A DNA stretch of 64,000 bases from Vezdaea acicularis (lineage: Eukaryota): the NCBI GenBank assembly GCA_026025075.1, contig JAPEUI010000026.1, positions 1-64,000 of the forward strand. The letters run 5' to 3'. The stretch's first letter is position 1, and every line of letters starts with the position of its first letter. A program made the position numbers and the translations under genes. The notes beneath the pieces are model-generated. The model saw only the letters and a program-made list of their open reading frames with translations. It did not search any database and was not told where the DNA came from. Below, piece by piece: positions 1-12,700 of this stretch.

Positions 1-7
1 TTGGGTT

Positions 8-28
8 GGGGGGGGGGGGGGGGGGGGG
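8..28. repeat. poly-G run followed by GA-rich simple sequence
   Basis: About 21 consecutive G, then (GA)n and GGA-rich sequence to ~150. Similar G runs at ~12753-12766, ~13504-13530 and ~31117-31132. Confidence 0.9.
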
Positions 29-1294
29 ATGAGAGAGAGAGATAGGAGATAGGTAGCAAGCCACAAAGAACGAATGAAGGAGGGGAAAAGACGGTAGAAG
101 GAAGAGAAGGAGAGGAGGAGAGGAGAGGGGGGTGAGGTAAGGTGATAGGTGATGGGGATGGTAGAGAGTCCTGATACCTGGAGGAGTTCGGTTCAGTTCA
201 GTTCAGTTCGAATCCTCGGTTCGGTTTACTTTGCTATATTTGTGATGTTCACTTCAATTCCTCGATTCGATTCACTTCTAACCCCCAAGCTTCACCCGCC
301 CATCAGCGTGTTCCTGCCACCACCACTGCAACGAAAAGCGAAGCCATCAAGCGCACCCCTCACTCCTCACTCCCCACACCGCAACCCTACATCCCCCCTT
401 CGCCGCAAGAAAACAAGCAAAAGGCGGGGCGGGGAGGGAGAAAGGAGAAAAAAGAGGAAAGAGAGAGAAAAAAAAAGAAAGAGATCAAGGCAATCTAGTG
501 CCCCGTAGCCATGTCCGTTGCCACACTCCCGCAGCAGCAACCCAAGTGAGAATCCGCCCAGCGATCCAATCCATCCATCCCTTTCTAGTAGTAAAAGTAA
601 AAACAAAGCTCCGATGTAAAAGGTTCCCAAGCCAAGCGAGGTAGTGGTGTGTCTGTGTGTGTGGATTTTGTGTGAATGTGCGTTTTGGGGGGGGGGAAGT
701 ATTGTACTGTGCTGTGCTGTTGTGTTGGTGTCTCAAAGGCCCCCGTGAAAAGCACGCCCGTTTCTTATGTTCCCCACGATACGACTCTTTTCGCCGGTTA
801 TTTGGAGAATCCAGTGGTGAGAGAGATGGTAAAAAACAATGCAGATTACGCCCGTTGCGCTGAAACACCGGTATCGAGGGAGAAGATAGGAAATCCGTTA
901 TGGTGGTTTGTCGATGGTGATTATGTGATTTGAAGGGGGTTCGTGATATGGGTGCAGGGGCGTAAGGGGAGTCGACAAAGGAAAATAGTGTCCCGGTTGA
1001 GGGAGAGCGAGTTGCTAGAGTTGTGCTTCGCAGCTATGATGGCAGAGAGCCATGATCGAGTGTTTTGGTATAGACATTATGAAAAGGTCTCCGAGGGAGG
1101 AAGTTGCAAAGGCTCCCGAGTCGCAGTCGCTGAGAGAATAAAGAAAAAGAAATCTATTTCCGAGGTGTCGCTGAAAGCAGATGAGGTCGATTATCTCCAT
1201 GTTTGAGAACTGAGCTACAAAGAAGGCGCCGTGAGGAGGATGCATATGTCCACGCCGAGAGACCGAGTGGGATCGGGAGAAATGCCATCTCCAT

Positions 1295-2078
1295 CTACTT
1301 GGACGATCGCTTGAAGCTGAAGCGCTTCTTCTTCTTTTCGGCCTCCGGGGCGGCGGTGGCGGCGGCAGCGGGAGCTACCATCGGTCTTTGCGAGAAGACG
1401 GGCGACGTGCGGGTGGGAGCTTCGCCGACCTTGCGGCCGCTGGGGTGGTGCAGATTACGGAGGGCGTTGTCTTCGGGGAAGGTCACGTATGACGGGCGAG
1501 CCATTTCGAGGTAGTCTTCTGTTGACCCGTTAGAGAGTCTCTCGCTTAAAAGTGGTGATGGAGGAGAAGATAAAAGTTCGGCGAGTACTTACGAGACGAC
1601 GAATTGGAGTTGGTAGAGGTGCCAGAGCTTGCAATCGGTGAGATGTCTATTGTTTTGGTCAGCCATGGCCCAACGGCGAAAATTCTACAGCTCTAAAGCG
1701 CTTACGTCTGCTTGCACGACCACTGACCACGCCGGAGGACTGGTTTCGTCTCAGGCCCGGCTTCAAGCTCATATCACCACGCTCCGTCCAGCCATAGCCG
1801 TTCTGGTAGCTGCTATTCCGCGTCAGCGCGGGCGTTCCCGTGGCGCTGTTGGTTCGCGAGTAATTGATCATGGTCCGTCGTCGGGAAGACTCTGCGTAGA
1901 TTCGCTGCTTGTCCTCGACGGACTTGTGGATGTGGGCCCCGTGGAGAGCATCGGTGGCAGCGTGCTTTGGAACGTGTCGGTACGGCGTCACGACCGGAGC
2001 GGGCTTGGACTCTTCGGCCTTCTTCTTCTCCTCGGCGAACTTCTTCGCATTGCGGATCTTTGCAAATCCCCAAGTCAT
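1295..2078 (-). CDS. Conserved-type fungal hypothetical protein, ~216 aa, disordered and basic, with YRHVPKHAA motif (3 exons)
   Basis: ATG at 2078 (MTWGFAKIRNAKK). Exons 2078-1706, 1646-1593, 1518-1295. Introns GTAAGC..GCTGAC..TAG (1705-1647) and GTAAGT..CTAAC..CAG (1592-1519) keep frame and join ORF 1659..2243 to ORF 1295..1504, ending KKKKRFSFKRSSK*. Confidence 0.85.
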
Positions 2079-3194
2079 GGTGTCGGTTCGGTTGGTCAGG
2101 GGGAGTGGATTTTCGGTCGGTATGTGTGATGAGAAGCGAGTGGCAGTAGCTCGTACAGCTTGACTTTTGTACGAAGTGAGGTGGAAGGGTCGGAAGAAGA
2201 AGAGAAGAGAAGAAGTGGGAGAAAGGTTTAGAAGATTGCACACGAAGGGTTTGTAAAGACTGACTCCTCTTGATCTGAGAGCAGACCGGAGCGGGACAGG
2301 CGAGGTGAGGGAGAGTGGTGACGAGGACGGGAATGGCGACGGTGCCTGGGCGGTGTTTCTTATTTGTGCTTTTGTGCTTGGCCGCGGTGCCTGTTCTAAC
2401 CCGAAGCTTCGGGGATCGGCCTTGGCGCTGGAGATTTGGGCGAGAGCCGGAGCTGGGCTGGGCCGGCTAGCTTAGCGAGCGTTATTTTCGCGTGCCGTCA
2501 CTTCGGGGCCCGCGTCGGCGCGGATCCTCCCAGGAGAGCGTCGTGGGGCGGGTTTGAGCGCGGTTTCAGAGGCCGGATACAGGAACAGGAAGCAGGAAGC
2601 AGGAGCAGCGGGGCCCGGCGTCGACCGCAAATAGAAGCTGAGGGAGGAGGGCGGCGGTTTGGAGTTGGAGTCGTCGAACACGGCGGGAAGAGAAGAAGTC
2701 GAGTGGGCGGGCAGGGCTGGATACAAATAGTTTTCCACGACTGATAGCAGAGCAGGGTGGAGCCGCTGCTGGCCCTCGCCTGGCACGACCTGGCACGCTC
2801 TCGCGCTCCCATTCACACGCCGGGATCCACGCTGGGCCCGCACGCTTCTCTCACCCTCCCTCTCTCAATATTCTCCCACTCGCTTCCCTGCGCATACCCG
2901 CGCCGGCACTTTATCGAAAAAGCGCAAAGACGCTGCCACCGGATCCGCCCATTCCCTCCCTCGTCCAGCTCGGCCAGACTTCCCCTCCGATGGCGCGGGT
3001 TCGCCGGCGAGCAAGGCTCCAGCGCCGGCTGCAAGTGTCAGACATGGTGTGCTGGACAGGTTGGAAGCGTGAAAAGGGTGAAGGGGTGCAACGGTGGGAC
3101 GGGGTGGGCGGCGTTGGGGCGGCGCTGAAAAAAGGGCCGTTGTATGCACGGTGCGTTGCAGCAGGTTCGCCGGCGCGGCCAGGCAAAAGCCCAA

Positions 3195-3205
3195 GCAGCA
3201 GCGTC

Positions 3206-3234
<29 letters not shown>
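3195..3234. repeat. (CAG)n microsatellite
   Basis: gcagcagcgtc followed by about ten gca/cag units, in intergenic DNA. Confidence 0.9.
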
Positions 3235-3236
<2 letters not shown>

Positions 3237-6200
3237 GCCTCCTCCTGCATCTTTGCATTGCTCTGGATGCTTATCTGGGCCATCCAGCGCGGCCTCCACG
3301 ATCCGCGGTTGAAGGGCGAGTGGTCGATGGGTCAACACGCGAGAGGGAGCGCCCCCCCCCATCCCCCATCCCCCATCCATATAATCGAAAAGCGGCCGCA
3401 TCAGTCGATAGTCCACCCGGGCGCTGGGTCTGGCCACCACTCACCGGCGCGCCCGTCGCCAGAACGGAAACGCCATCTGGAGCGCCGTCGTCCGCCAAGA
3501 TAGTGGCCCCCCCCCGTCGCGGCTGTTGGAGCCGCCACGACTGCGGCTACTGTAGCGATTCTCGCCCTCTTCGTCGTCCGACACGCACAGTGTTCTGGAA
3601 ACCTCACGAGCGGACGGTCGTGGTGGAGCAGGCAGACCCGTGGATCGGAGGGCAAGGGCAGTTGCAGTCGAATGGCGAATCGGCATGTGGATGGATGACG
3701 ACGCCTCAACTCTTCTTTCTCCGCACGCGGTCAGCAGCCTCTCGGAGCCTTTCCAGCATCAGGCATCGTGAGAAATGTGCTCTTCCCACCGCCAAGCTTA
3801 GCCGGCGGTCGAAGGGTCTTCTTCCCCCAAACCACAAACTGCCACGGCGCTGCACGACCACGGTGAACCGCTCTGCATCGCACCGCCCTCGACGCACTCT
3901 CCCGAACGCACTCCCACATGCGCTTCATCCTACCGGTCTCGACCCAGGGAAAATGGGGACCCTTCCTGCGTTCATTCACCCCAAGCATGCAGCTGCGACG
4001 TGCGGCGGACGACGGAACCGGCGGACAGAGAGACGTCGTCGTCACGGGAGATGGACGTGCCAATTGCCGGATCGGGGGCCGCGGGGGCAGAGTCGGGTCT
4101 GATGGCAGAAAGCGAAATGAGCGTGAGACGTCGTCCGCATGGCAAGACGTGATATCATCGGGTGCCCTCCCCAGCCGTGGGACGTGCCAGACATGCCATA
4201 GGGCAGACGTGCGAGCAATCGATGCGGTGCAGCCTGCGACCCACCAGATGGAGCGCCGTGAGGACCCGGAAAAGGACGAGTCGGAAGCGCAGCGATGATC
4301 CCGGGAGCAATCGGTGCGACGAGGGAGCATTCAAGCAATTCCCGCATCCCGAGCTGCTTCGATTTGTTCCAGATGTGGCGCGCGAGATGTCACATCCGGC
4401 TCTCTCGCTTTTCGATTTTCGATTTTCGCTTTTTCGATTGCTTGGCGCGGCGACTCGACCGGGCTGAGACGACCGACAGACGACGAGAACACGGACCCAG
4501 AGGATCCCTCCGTTGCGCCATCATCCCCGTCGCCCGTCGCATCCCCGACCCCCGACGTCGAAGGATGAGGAAGGGGCCGCCGTGGGCGACGAGGGAAGTC
4601 GCGCTGGAGAGATGCCAATTTCGTGTGAGCCGAGCGGGTCGCCCGTAACGGGCCTAGCGCCCCTCCCCTTTTCAGCTTGTCCGCTTCGGGCAGTGGCGCT
4701 AGAGAAAGTCCGATCGAATCCCACGCCGCGAAACGTGCGGCCGAACCCTGAGAGGGCCCTGAAAGGGGCGAACCTTTCTGTCCTTCCCTTCCTACCATCC
4801 AACTTCTTCCACCGCAGCGGCAGAATCAAGCTCCGCGATTCCATCGATATTGGTTATTTTCGGAGACTGGAACTTGTACCACGAGCGGCTGTGACATCCA
4901 AGGAACGTCATCCATGCCGCCCGCGCGTTCAGCAACCTCCATTCCGGATCGACTCGACGGCGACGAACTGCCTGGCGGGGGGCCCCAGCGGGAATCTCCC
5001 CTTCTCGGACCGCGCTAGATAATTCTACACGGGGGCTGCACACGAACGACAACAGGCAAAAGGGCTGATCGATGGGAGAGCCGTTCCCCCTTGCATCGAG
5101 AAGGGCAGGATCTGAGCAGGCCAGAACGTCGCTGCAACAGGTACGGAGGTACAAGGGAAAGACGAGACGATGTGACCCCGTCGCAACCCCCCCGTTTAGG
5201 CACGCCACCAGTCACGTTTTCTCTCGCTGCCACCCACCGAGGGAGAGGAAAGAGCGACCCTTCCGCCAAGACACCGCGCTAAAATTCGATAGATCTGGGA
5301 CCCGGACGGACCCCCACGCCTCGCTCAGAGGAAGGAAGCAAGCTTTCCACCTCCCACCTCCCACCTCCACGCCCGCGGGCCTCGCAACCATCCGAGGGGC
5401 GGGAGTCGTGGCTGACTTGACGGCTCGAACTTCCCAGCGCCATGAACAACGCTTCGACCGCTCTTCTCACGCGCAACGCACGAGCGAAGAAATCCGTGTA
5501 TCGCACGCGCTTGACCGCTCATGGAAAACAGAAACCAACCTGTTTTGGTGCACCGTTTGGAAAACAGGTCCAGCAGAACCGCCGATTTTGCCGCCGGGCC
5601 CACCGCGGATTCCGATTCGCAGCGCCGCCAAACCAAGCGGGCAGATCTTTCAGTCCAACACGTGTGAATCAGCCCCGCGCTCTCAGATCGCTCGTACGAT
5701 GAGGGGCAAGACTAGACGGTCGAGCCGGCGGATACCAATGCTGATGTGGCGTTTGGCCGCATCTTGCTCACATCCTGTAACATACTGCAAAAAGCAGGAA
5801 TGGAGAAAAAAGGGTTCCAATCAATCAGGGCCTCGATGAAGCCGCTGTTGAACAGCTCAGCATTCGCGATAAGCGGGTCCACTCTAACTCCCGATCCAAC
5901 GATCTCCATCGGGGAAACCGAGTCGAACCCCTCACCCTCAACCCGCACGCTCTCATGAATGACGTTGACTACACCGCTCTCGCCATGGTGCGCGAAAACG
6001 AAATGATCACGATGATGCCAAGCACGAGACCATAGCAAGCCAGATGAACATGTTCGTTCCGCAGGCGACGATCACGTTTTAGTTCCTCGGCACATTCCTT
6101 ATTTTTCTCTTTCCCGCAGAGTCAAGTCACGCCATCCTGCTTCCAGTTACTTGTTAGCGGGGCTCGATGGATGGGGCAGTGAGACGTGTCGATCCGCTGC

Positions 6201-6439
6201 TATAGCTTTTTCGACGACGACGACTTGTCCTTGCACGCGGGATTTGCAGTTTACAAAATTGATGATATCGGCGATGATATCGATGATGATGATGCAGCAT
6301 CAGATCACCCGAGGAACGTCCGTACTTGACGCCTACCCACGCGCGTATACCACTGTACAGTACTCTACATAAACCTCTTATCCCTGGAAGTTGCTCGTAC
6401 TTTATGCGATCTGTCATGTACGGCTTACACAAACAAACA

Positions 6440-6474
6440 CTGCTCTGCTCTGCACTGCACTGCACTGCACTGCA
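6440..6474. repeat. (CTGCT)/(CTGCA)n pentanucleotide microsatellite
   Basis: ctgctctgctctgcactgcactgcactgcactgcac. A related (AGCAG)n tract lies at ~6830-6850. Confidence 0.85.
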
Positions 6475-7205
6475 CCCACCCCCTCTTGTCAAGGTCAGCC
6501 AGAATACTGTATGCACGCCTCGTGCGTAATCGATCGCTTTTGACAAGCACGGACAGTGGAGCAACCGTGAAAACCGACCACCACCATCCATTTATCAAAA
6601 GCGTTGAGGGAGGGGTTCCTCGCATTCGCATGTGTATTGCGTGATCTACCCGCACATTATTCCCTACTCGTTCAGCCTCGGGTAGTCGGAAGATGGGAGA
6701 GGGGAAGAGGGGGAGAGGCGAGGGGTGAAGGGTGAAGGGTTTGTTATCGTTACCCTCGGTCGATGCGGGAGAGCCGTTTGGGGATGACTGTGTACTGCAG
6801 TGCTGCGGTGCGCTCCCAGGTCATGTGGAAGCAGAGCAGAGCAGAGCAGATCAAAGCAGATCACGGCACAGATAGGCAAGGCAGATCAAAGAACATCATA
6901 TCAAGACGATAAGAGGTAAGGCGAGGTATATGTAAGGCGAGGCAAGGCAAGGACAGACAGACAAACAAACGGCGAATCAATCAAACACACTTGACGTTCG
7001 GGTTCGGTACATATCGCATTGACGAGACTCGCACGCAAGATAGCTATATCCCTCCCCCCCATCTTCAGAAAGCAGAAAATACTACTCTACTCCCAGAAAA
7101 GCCGCGCCATGACAGGAACCTTGGCATATTCCCCTCTTATCCCCTCTTCTGTGCCCGTCTGCTTCCACTTTTCTCTCTTTCTCTGTTCTCTTCTCTGTTC
7201 TCTTC

Positions 7206-7280
7206 GGCTGGGCTTGGGCTTGGGCTTGGCTTGGCTTGGGCTTGGCTTGGCTTGGGCTTGGCTTGGGCTTGGGCTTGGGC
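7206..7280. repeat. (GGCTT/GGGCTT)n mixed penta/hexanucleotide repeat
   Basis: About 13 units of GGCTT or GGGCTT read directly from the sequence. Confidence 0.9.
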
Positions 7281-7847
7281 GTGACGAACTCGTTGGTTTC
7301 AAACTCCGCGTGCTACTGTAGCCAGACCGAAGCTGGGCTAAGCCAAGCCGAGTGACATCCAAAGCACATGTTTTCCCCATGCCTTCCCGAGCCACGAGCA
7401 TATTTGCTGGCGCCGCCGTTGGGTTAGTCAAGCGTGGCGTCGGAGTATTTGTGGTATGTGGAAGCTATAACTACGCCCATTGTCTGGGCGAAGGAAGGCG
7501 TCAGCTACGATGGAGTGATGCAGGAGGGAAGAAATATTCGTCGTGTTTGGCGCTAAGTACCCCGCGATGAGAGGGACGTAGGGGGAGAGCTAGTGGGTTC
7601 ATGGCTTAGGTGATGGGATTGGGGCTGAGAGGGAGGGGGTTCATAGTGCAAGGGAGCGGTTTGATAGCGTCTTGTATATCCCCCTTCGGTGCTTGAGACA
7701 ATTCGCACGGACGCGGGGTTCATTCATGTGGTAGACCCCGCTCTCGTGGGTTAGAGGGAGTGACGGGGAGATATGCTGCTGGATTATCTGGTGGCAGGGG
7801 GGGGTCCGGCTTGGGATTCGTTTTGGAATGGATTAGCTTGTGAAGCC

Positions 7848-7906
7848 TCCCTCTCTCTCCCTCTCTCTCCCTCTCTCTCTCTCCCTCTCTCTCTCTCTCC
7901 CTCTCT
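7848..7906. repeat. Interrupted (CT)n microsatellite
   Basis: ccctctctct units repeated. Confidence 0.9.
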
Positions 7907-9313
7907 TTAGACAAAGAGGAGGTACTCATGCCAGACCTACGCTGCGTAGCGCATCTGGCAAGTCTTCAGCGAACTGGAATACTCCCTCTCGTCAGCTCCT
8001 TAAGTGTCTAGAGGGTAGTCGTCCTGCTTTGTTCGTGTATAGAACCTGCGGATTTACTTCCCCGGGAGGGCTTCATGGAGCCTAGAGAATGTGACGTAGG
8101 TTGTGTGTGACTTGGTTGGGCTTTCTGGGCTGGACGTGTTGGGGGAAGCATGGGGGTTTTTTCTCTCTGCTTGTGGAGGTTTTAATATAGTCAAGACAAC
8201 GCTGCTCAGCGCATTTTGATCCTATGCATGTTGGATGAAGAGGCAGGGTTTTTCTTCCCCAGTACTCGCGGGATTTCGTCTAGTTATGTCTCGCCCATCC
8301 ATTTGTGCTCAAACACTCGTTTCCATTGGTTTGGCCGAGGCTAAGGATATGCCTGGACGGTATCAAGTCGTCTGTTTGTTTTTCATGCACAAATTTCGTC
8401 AGAAGAAGGCTCGTTGACAACTATCAATTCTCCGCAGTAAAGTCGATCATAGCAGGGTAGACTCCCCAAAACAAATTCAGGAAAATTCCGTCATGCTTTA
8501 CTATTCACAAGTAGATCCCCCTGCGAAGCTTGAGATTTGTTCACTTGCATTCGGGGATACTGATTCTGGCGGCTTTTTGTCGATGTTTTTTTTCCTCCAA
8601 CCTCGGGCTCGTCTAATTATCCAATAGGAGGCGATCCAGACGGGAACTCCGCGCCTGTCTCTGCCTGTCGTTTCATCGCTTCCCTGGGTCAGCCCCCCAC
8701 CGAAGCCTGTTGAAGCGAGGCACGAAGTTTTGCACCCGGGTCTAAATCGGTCTCGACTTGTGCACACGAGAGCCAGAATGAGCGAGCCATCACGGAATGC
8801 CGCGACTTGATGATCTGATTCCGTCATTTATACTGCATTATCCCTAGCACCTCCCCTCCCCCTCGCTACCGAACTCTACTGCGACACACAGGCCTCTCTC
8901 TCTCTCCAGTCTTGTCGCTTCACGTGTGGTCCAGCGGGAAGCGCCACGGTACACCACCGACTCCCCTGAGCCTCATCACGTATCGCGGAACCTTAACAAC
9001 ATCGGACGAACTTCAAGTCCCCCACCTCCCATCTGACCCTGCCGATCCTTGGGGACTCAGTACAACGACCTTCCTTATCATTGCGAGGACTCCAAGAGAG
9101 GCTTTCGCCCCCCATACGATATCCGCGCTGAGACTTTTCGCGCGCCTCGCTTCAACGACATCGTCATCGGTGTTTCAACCACGAGCCCGCACCGAGCATC
9201 CCCATACCCTCTCACCTTGCGCCGAGGTTGACATCGCGGAGGAAGCTTGATCGCATCCCGAAGGCGCTCAAGTGACTCCACCAGAGCCAGCTGGAGGACC
9301 ACAAGCGTGGAGA

Positions 9314-12300
9314 ATGGCACTTGCGGTGCCTAATCCGCCGCCCAACGATCGAAAACGAGTCAAGGTCTACGAACTCCGCAATAATGACTGGTTCGACCGA
9401 GGCACGGGCTTCTGCACAGGCCAGATCATCAATGTAAGGGAGCTCCTTGGTAGATGGGGCTGTGGGATGGAGCTAATGCGACGTTATCACTTAGGACGAG
9501 CCCAAGGTATTCGTCGAGTCGGAGGATCAGCCGGAGCGTATGCTTCTCGAATCACGCATCACCAAAGATGATGGATATCAGAAACAGCAGGGTAACTCAA
9601 GCTCTGAGCAGATGCAGGCAGCGCTGAGGCTAACGCAATTGCGTAGAGACGCTTATCGTATGGACGGAGGGCACAGGCGTTGATATGGCTCTCAGTTTTC
9701 AAGAAGCAGAGGGATGCGCTGCAATTTGGTTCGTCGATCCCTGATCTCTGGAAACTTCAAGCATATATGCTGGAATTTTCATTACTCCCGGTGGATGAAA
9801 CGCATGATCCCCAAAGCTAATACTTTGACAAGGCAATTTGTGAGCCATATCCAGCAACAATTAATTGCTCTTGCAGGGCAAGGTATGTCGTTGGCTAGAT
9901 TGAAGCCCCCTTTGGAACCTTATACTCTATTTCCATTTTGTGACAGATAACTGATACCATATTATCGTCTAACAGATGATGGATTATCCGACGACGTTGA
10001 CAACTTTCCGAACCAAGTCGCATTACCCATGCCTGAGATCGGAAACCTGGTAGAGATTGAGCAGCTCATGAGAGGCGCGAGTATGAGCAATCCTGGACGC
10101 GACGCGCTCACGAAATTGGTGATTAGCGACGAATATATACCGAAGCTCATACCTCTGGTCCAAAAAGCCGAAGACCTGGAAAGCCTGCAGGACCTCCACA
10201 GACTGTGTAATATCATGAAGACGCTCATACTGCTCAACGATTCAGCGATTATAGAGTATGTTGTAACGGATGAGGTCATACTGGGAGTCGTTGGTGCTCT
10301 AGAGTGTAGGTGATGCTCCGAGCTGTTAGGAGGGTATTGCTGATGGAAAGCGCTTGATCACAGACGATCCAGATTTTCCTAGCCACAAGGCCAATCACCG
10401 TCAATATCTGTCGGACGAATCAAAGTTCAAGGAGGTCGTTCGGATAGAAGACCCTAATATCAAACGGAAGATACATCATACGTATCGACTACAATATCTC
10501 AAGGACGTCGTACTCGCCCGGATCCTGGACGACCCAACTTTCTCTGTTCTCAACTCCCTCATCTTCTTCAATCAGGTTGACATCGTGACGCATTTGCACG
10601 CAAATACAACATTTCTCAAGGAGCTTTTTAGCATCTTTGGCGCTTCGGAGCAGGACCCTCAGCGAAAGAAAAATGCCGTTCATTTCATACAACAGTGTTG
10701 CGCCATTGCTAAGAATCTAACAGCCCCCTCACGATCCGAGCTTTATACGAATTTCATTCACGGCGGTCTTTTTGGAGTTATCAACTTTGCGCTTCGGCAT
10801 CAAGATGCATCGGTCCGGATTGCGGGCACGGACGTCCTGGTGGCGATGATTGATCATGATCCAGCAATGATGCGAGGCTTCATCTTGAAGCAAATTAGCG
10901 AGAAGCAGACAGCGCTCACGGACACGCTGATAGAATTGCTGCTGGTAGAGGTGGACCAGGGCGTCAAGGCGCAGATTGCGGACGCAATCAAGGTGCTTCT
11001 TGATCCGCAGTCGAACCTGCAGAACGAGGGGTTGGGAAAGGCTAGTAACGATCTCATCACGAAAAGACGTATTCATACGAACCCTCGAACTGAGTTTTTC
11101 CTCCAGAACTTTTACGACGAGTCGGCCAAGAAGCTGTTCAAGCCGCTGAAGGACTTGCAGCATCGCGAGTCGAGTATGTGTTCTCTGTCTGTTGAAATAT
11201 GCAAAGTACATGGAGCAGCTGCTGACGGGCATTTCTTTCGCAGTGCGTGACTTTAGCATCCATGAGGTTGCTCTGTTCGTTCATCTCGTCGAGATTTTGT
11301 GTTTTTTTATGCGGCAACACCAGTACAGGAGCAAGTATTTCATACTGGCCGAGCACCTCACGTCGCGCGTGGCTCAGTTGTTGACATGTTCGGAGAAGCA
11401 TCTGAAGCTGAGTACGTTTAAAAAGTGTCCATGTCTTGGAGAAGCCCCTACTTAACCACGTTTCTAGCCGCCTTGAAGTTCTTCCGAACTGCCATTGGCC
11501 TTCAGGATGAGTTCTACAACCGACAGATCATGTCGAATCACCTGTTTGAGCCGATCCTTGGAATTGTCCTGGATACGATGCCCAAAGACAACCTCCTGAA
11601 TTCTGCCTGCCTCGAGCTGTTTGAATTTATCAAGCGCGAAAAGATCAAACCGCTGATCCTCTACTTTGTCGAGAAATACCACGACACGATCTGCGAGATA
11701 ACCTACGTCGACATCTTCCAGCGGCTGGCTGATTGCTACGAGGAGATCAAGGCGTACAACCCAGAAGACGCCCGCAACCTGCTCGCCCAAGAAGAAGAGC
11801 AGCGGCGAAACGCAGCTAGGTAAGTTCCTTTTCTGTCTTGTCTTTCTTCGCCATAAATCGTGTTTCTGTGTCATGTATGACTAACTGACCACCTTTTGCA
11901 GAACCCAAGTCAACGGCAATTCCCGCTGGCAAGGTGTCAGAGAAATGGAGGACGAGCAAGAAAAATACTTTAATACCTCGGACGACGAAGACGAACCGCC
12001 CCGAAACCCCACCGACTCCCCCATCATCACGCTCCCTTCGAACGGGCCCCTCGCCGCCGCAAATTCCGCAACAGCAAACGGCGTCCAACCGCTCAAACCG
12101 CTTGTCGACTACCCCGCCGACGATGACGATGACGACGATGAAGTTTCTGATGAACCTGCCCTAGCTCCTACCGCCGACGCCGACGCCATGGACCTCACCA
12201 GCACGAACAAACTAGTCCGAACCAGCACCTCCTCCTCCCCCGCCTCGACCACCACCCCCTCGCCCCCAACCCTCCCGTCCACCCCCACCGACCCCACCAC

Positions 12301-12700
12301 CTCCCTCACCCCCTCCAAGCCGCCCGAGCGCAAACGCCCCCGCGACGACGACGACGACGACGAAGACGCCCTCGGTAAACTAAGCAACAGCAGCAAACGG
12401 CGCGCCAGCGGCGGCGGACACCACGCTCCAGCTCCTGGAATCCATGCCGAAAACACTGTTGGCGTCCCCGACGGGAAGAGTCTCAAGCGCAAAAAGAGCT
12501 TCGTTCCCGCACACGCCCATCATCTCGGCCGCGACGCCGAGAAGGGCGGGAAGAAAATTGCGATTTCACTCGCGGTTAAGAAGGAGGGCGGGGGGGATGC
12601 GCTTGAACGGCGGAGGGGAGGCGCCGGTGAGGATGGGGCTGGGAAGAGGGAGAGGGAAAGGGAAAGGGAGAAGGATGTTGGTAGTGCCGCATCGGGATAG
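9314..12700 (+). CDS. PSY2: Protein phosphatase 4 regulatory subunit 3 (Psy2/SMEK/SMK-1, DUF625), multi-exon
   Basis: N-terminal EVH1-like RKRVKVYELRNNDWFDRGTGFC. Core motifs YQKQQETLIVW, LALSFQE-type (MALSFQEAEGC), VVGALE(Y)DPDFP, YRLQYLKDVVLARILDD, NLLNSACLELFEFI, EKYFNTSDDE, LVDYP. ORFs 9272, 10029, 10354, 11192, 11425 and 11945 are joined by about 8 GT-AG introns. Confidence 0.95.

Noticed and set aside
206..215. GTTCGAATCC, a B-box/T-loop-like sequence
   Set aside because: Arises at the end of a (GTTCA)n microsatellite; no cloverleaf or A box.
2990..4102. 370-codon ORF and overlapping ORFs to ~5840
   Set aside because: Arg/Pro/Gly-rich low-complexity translations typical of GC-rich non-coding DNA; open in several frames; no recognisable motif.
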